From Fibrobacteria bacterium (GTDB lineage Bacteria > Fibrobacterota > Fibrobacteria > UBA11236), in assembly GCA_041746255.1 (NCBI GenBank), contig JBGTHM010000075.1, forward strand, positions 1 through 47,656: a stretch of DNA of 47,656 nucleotides, in the 5' to 3' direction. The notes under the pieces are model-generated. The model was given only the letters and a program-made list of their open reading frames with translations. It ran no database searches and was not told where the DNA came from. The translations under genes and the position numbers were made by a program. Within the stretch, counting starts at the first letter, position 1. Each line of letters starts with the position of its first letter. Below, in pieces: positions 45,406-47,656 of the stretch.

Positions 45406-46767
45406 ATGCGCCTTTTGTTTTTTGCTCTCTGCGGATTTTCAGCTTGTCTCCCCGGCTTAGGCGGGCCAATCACTGCCCCTCTTACGGTTACGGATAAGAT
45501 TTCCCTGCATGCCCGCTGGGAAGTCGGTGAATACCTCTTTCAGCAAAAGCAATTCCCGGCCGCTCTCATCGAGGTCAGTAAAGTCGCAGAAGCCTTACCG
45601 TCCGATATCCGACCCAAGTCTCTGATGGGTACCTTGCAAATCCTCACGGGAGACCTTGAGGCGGGTGAAGCCACTTTGCTTGAAGCCTGGCGCAGCCACC
45701 CTAACGACGTTCAACTGGGCCTTTTATTAGGCGAGTATTACCTATCCGTAAAATTCCACGCGAAGGGATTTTTCTTTTGGGAACATGTGCTGAGCCTGGA
45801 TGGGGAAAACCACTCCTTGCGCCATGCGCTAGTGCGGGCGTATATCGAATCGGGCCGGTTTGACCGTGCCGCCCCGCATATCAAGCTCGCCATACAATTC
45901 CAAGGCGGACGCGTGGCTCCGGACCTGGACTATGCATATGGGTTATATCTGGCGAATCAAGGCCGTTGGAAAGAGAGTCATGAGTTTTTGGAGCGCGGCG
46001 TTTCCGGCGGTGAGTCACGAGCCGAAGTGCTATTCCAGTTGGGGCTGGCCCGCATGAGGGTGGGGGAGAACTTGGCGGCGGCGGAGGCATTGAGCCGATC
46101 GGTAGCCGCGGGAAATGCCCATCCCGAGGCTTATCTGGCCTGGGGCGAAGCGTTATTCCTCGTCAAAAAATGGGAAGATGCGGAAACGGTTTGGCTGGCG
46201 GGATTAAGAGCGCATCCCGGCTCCTTCCTGCTCATGCAAAAACTATCCGAGAATTACCTGCAAACGGCTCGTCCGGTTCGAGCTGAAAAAGTTTTGGAAT
46301 TCGCCAAGCGGAATTCCGGCGATGATCTTCGCATCAGGTTACTCCATGTTCGCCACTATCGCATGCTGGGACAAAACGCCTCCGCCGCTTTGGAATTGAA
46401 GCGGGTGCTCAGGCAGGCGCAGGGGGACTTATTGCATGAGGCGCTCTGGCAAAGCGCTCTCTTGGATTGTTCCCGCGGCCACCGGAAGCAAGCTGAGGCG
46501 ACCGCAGGAAAGCTTATTGCTGCGGGTTATAAGACGGCGGAGGCCCATCTGCTCAGGGCCCGGCTGGCGGCGCTGGCCGGAGACCCGGTTTCCATGGCCG
46601 AACACGTCCGTAGAGCGGGCCGCTACAATCCCTCGGATTCCCGCTTGTCTTGGGTGATGGTCGAGACGGACGTCGGAGCGGATTCCCCATTTATACTGGA
46701 TAGGCTGCAATCCGCTTGGAGTGGATTTTCCACCACTTCCGTGTTGGCGCGCAGCGGCGGGCAATAA
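45406..46767 (+). CDS. Exported tetratricopeptide-repeat protein (possible lipoprotein)
   Basis: Signal with FSAC; TPR-like repeats (EVLFQLGLA, EAYLAWGEAL, EAHLLRARL). Confidence 0.7.
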   Translation: MRLLFFALCGFSACLPGLGGPITAPLTVTDKISLHARWEVGEYLFQQKQFPAALIEVSKVAEALPSDIRPKSLMGTLQILTGDLEAGEATLLEAWRSHPNDVQLGLLLGEYYLSVKFHAKGFFFWEHVLSLDGENHSLRHALVRAYIESGRFDRAAPHIKLAIQFQGGRVAPDLDYAYGLYLANQGRWKESHEFLERGVSGGESRAEVLFQLGLARMRVGENLAAAEALSRSVAAGNAHPEAYLAWGEALFLVKKWEDAETVWLAGLRAHPGSFLLMQKLSENYLQTARPVRAEKVLEFAKRNSGDDLRIRLLHVRHYRMLGQNASAALELKRVLRQAQGDLLHEALWQSALLDCSRGHRKQAEATAGKLIAAGYKTAEAHLLRARLAALAGDPVSMAEHVRRAGRYNPSDSRLSWVMVETDVGADSPFILDRLQSAWSGFSTTSVLARSGGQ

Positions 46768-46782
46768 ATTTTTACTCCCACG

Positions 46783-47412
46783 CTAATCCGCGGCTTCACC
46801 TTCCGGGCTGTCGGTTGCGGTGTCTGCGTTCAGGTCGAATAGCCGCTTCAAAGGAATTATTTTCAACCCCTTCTTGGGATCGACGGCGTCGGACATCTTA
46901 TCCGCGGCGAAGCCGACCAGCAAGGGATGTTCCGGGTGGTTTACCACAGCTTTCACGAAATCTGAACTGCTGTAACCGGGCATCAGAAAATTGACGACAT
47001 AAGTATCGAAATCGCATTCTCCCATCATGGCGTAGGCATCCTCGGGATCGTTGGCCGTCTCGATAACCGCGTTGGGAAGAATTTTCGTGACGATGGCCAC
47101 GGTTTCGTTGCGACGCTGGCCGTCTTCATCCACAATGAGAATGGTTCTCTCAGAAGTATCCGCTACTAGGTTGGTATCCAAAGGGGGGTCCTCTTCCTCT
47201 AGTTCTTCTTCGAGTTCCAGCTCATCACTGTCAATTGGAACCTCGATATCCTCCACAAGAGCACTTTTGGGCGGCTCCTTTTTGCCCTTTTTCGAATCGG
47301 GCGCAGGTTGCTCCGGCTTTTCGGCTTGGGGACCTTTGGTCCCGGCGGCCTTGGCCACCGCCGATGTGGATTTGCTTTTATCGTCTTTGCTTTTGGATTT
47401 TTCCTGTGTCAT
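46783..47412 (-). CDS. Atypical receiver-like domain protein with Lys-rich/acidic disordered N-terminus
   Basis: TILIVDED, then FDTYVVNFLMPG (Asn at the phospho-Asp position); start ATG 47412 after AGGA. Confidence 0.65.
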   Translation of the reverse strand: MTQEKSKSKDDKSKSTSAVAKAAGTKGPQAEKPEQPAPDSKKGKKEPPKSALVEDIEVPIDSDELELEEELEEEDPPLDTNLVADTSERTILIVDEDGQRRNETVAIVTKILPNAVIETANDPEDAYAMMGECDFDTYVVNFLMPGYSSSDFVKAVVNHPEHPLLVGFAADKMSDAVDPKKGLKIIPLKRLFDLNADTATDSPEGEAAD

Positions 47413-47494
47413 GGCTTCCTGCTTTCGCTGGCAAAAGATATAAACATGCATGCGCCTTTGAGGGCTCAGCGAGCCATCAGGGCCTCAATTTCCT

Positions 47495-47656
47495 CTATTT
47501 CGCGGGGAATCGAAGCCGAAAGGTTTCGGTCTTCCAATTCGCTTCTTCTACCACACCAGCCAGTTCGATTTTATCTTCGTAGTAGTCTTCTGCAGCGAGC
47601 ACGAGATTCCTGCGGCGCTCGGGAGTCAAGGTCGCTTCCCCTCCAGTCTTGCGCGG
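47495..47656 (-). CDS. 3' end of a hypothetical protein (truncated by window edge)
   Basis: The longest-running minus frame from the edge: PRKTGGEATLTPERRRNLVLAAEDYYEDKIELAGVVEEANWKTETFRLRFPAK*. Confidence 0.4.
   Translation of the reverse strand, partial: PRKTGGEATLTPERRRNLVLAAEDYYEDKIELAGVVEEANWKTETFRLRFPAK

Noticed and set aside
47466..47540. Frameshifted alternative C-terminus (..SASIPREIEEIEALMAR*) of the edge gene
   Set aside because: The gene is truncated by the window and unidentified, so the correct ending cannot be judged.

Overview
Chromosomal window of about 48 kb from a Gram-negative bacterium, probably Fibrobacterota (inferred from a TIGR02147-family gene with its coupled lipoprotein). 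Most of it is housekeeping: mrdA-rodA-comF, orn, fabF, fbaA, xseAB, an L,D-transpeptidase, MscS, glnA-glnE-rsmG-rsuA-rsmC, dcd, M20/M3 peptidases, prfC and TPR proteins, plus tRNA-Ser(UGA). An accessory block at about 3-14.5 kb holds the TIGR02147 module, a Cys-repeat lipoprotein, a sulfatase-PA14 protein, a HupE/UreJ-family protein, an FkbM methyltransferase, and an Ig-like surface lipoprotein with a beta-barrel partner. I saw no CRISPR array, integrase or transposase. The most notable observations are: (1) a GlnE with GlnD-like ACT domains fused at the N-terminus and its two nucleotidyltransferase domains apparently in reversed (AT-AR) order, with a phased operator-like array upstream of glnA; (2) a TIGR02147/lipoprotein pair divergent from a lipoprotein made of four exact C-x27-C repeats, with a candidate operator between them; (3) a Cu/Zn-SOD homolog that has lost most metal ligands and the catalytic Arg; (4) an orphan class I terpenoid-synthase-fold enzyme; (5) many D-S/T-hydrophobic O-glycosylation-like sequons in exported proteins. 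All family calls come from motif recognition by eye; no searches were run.
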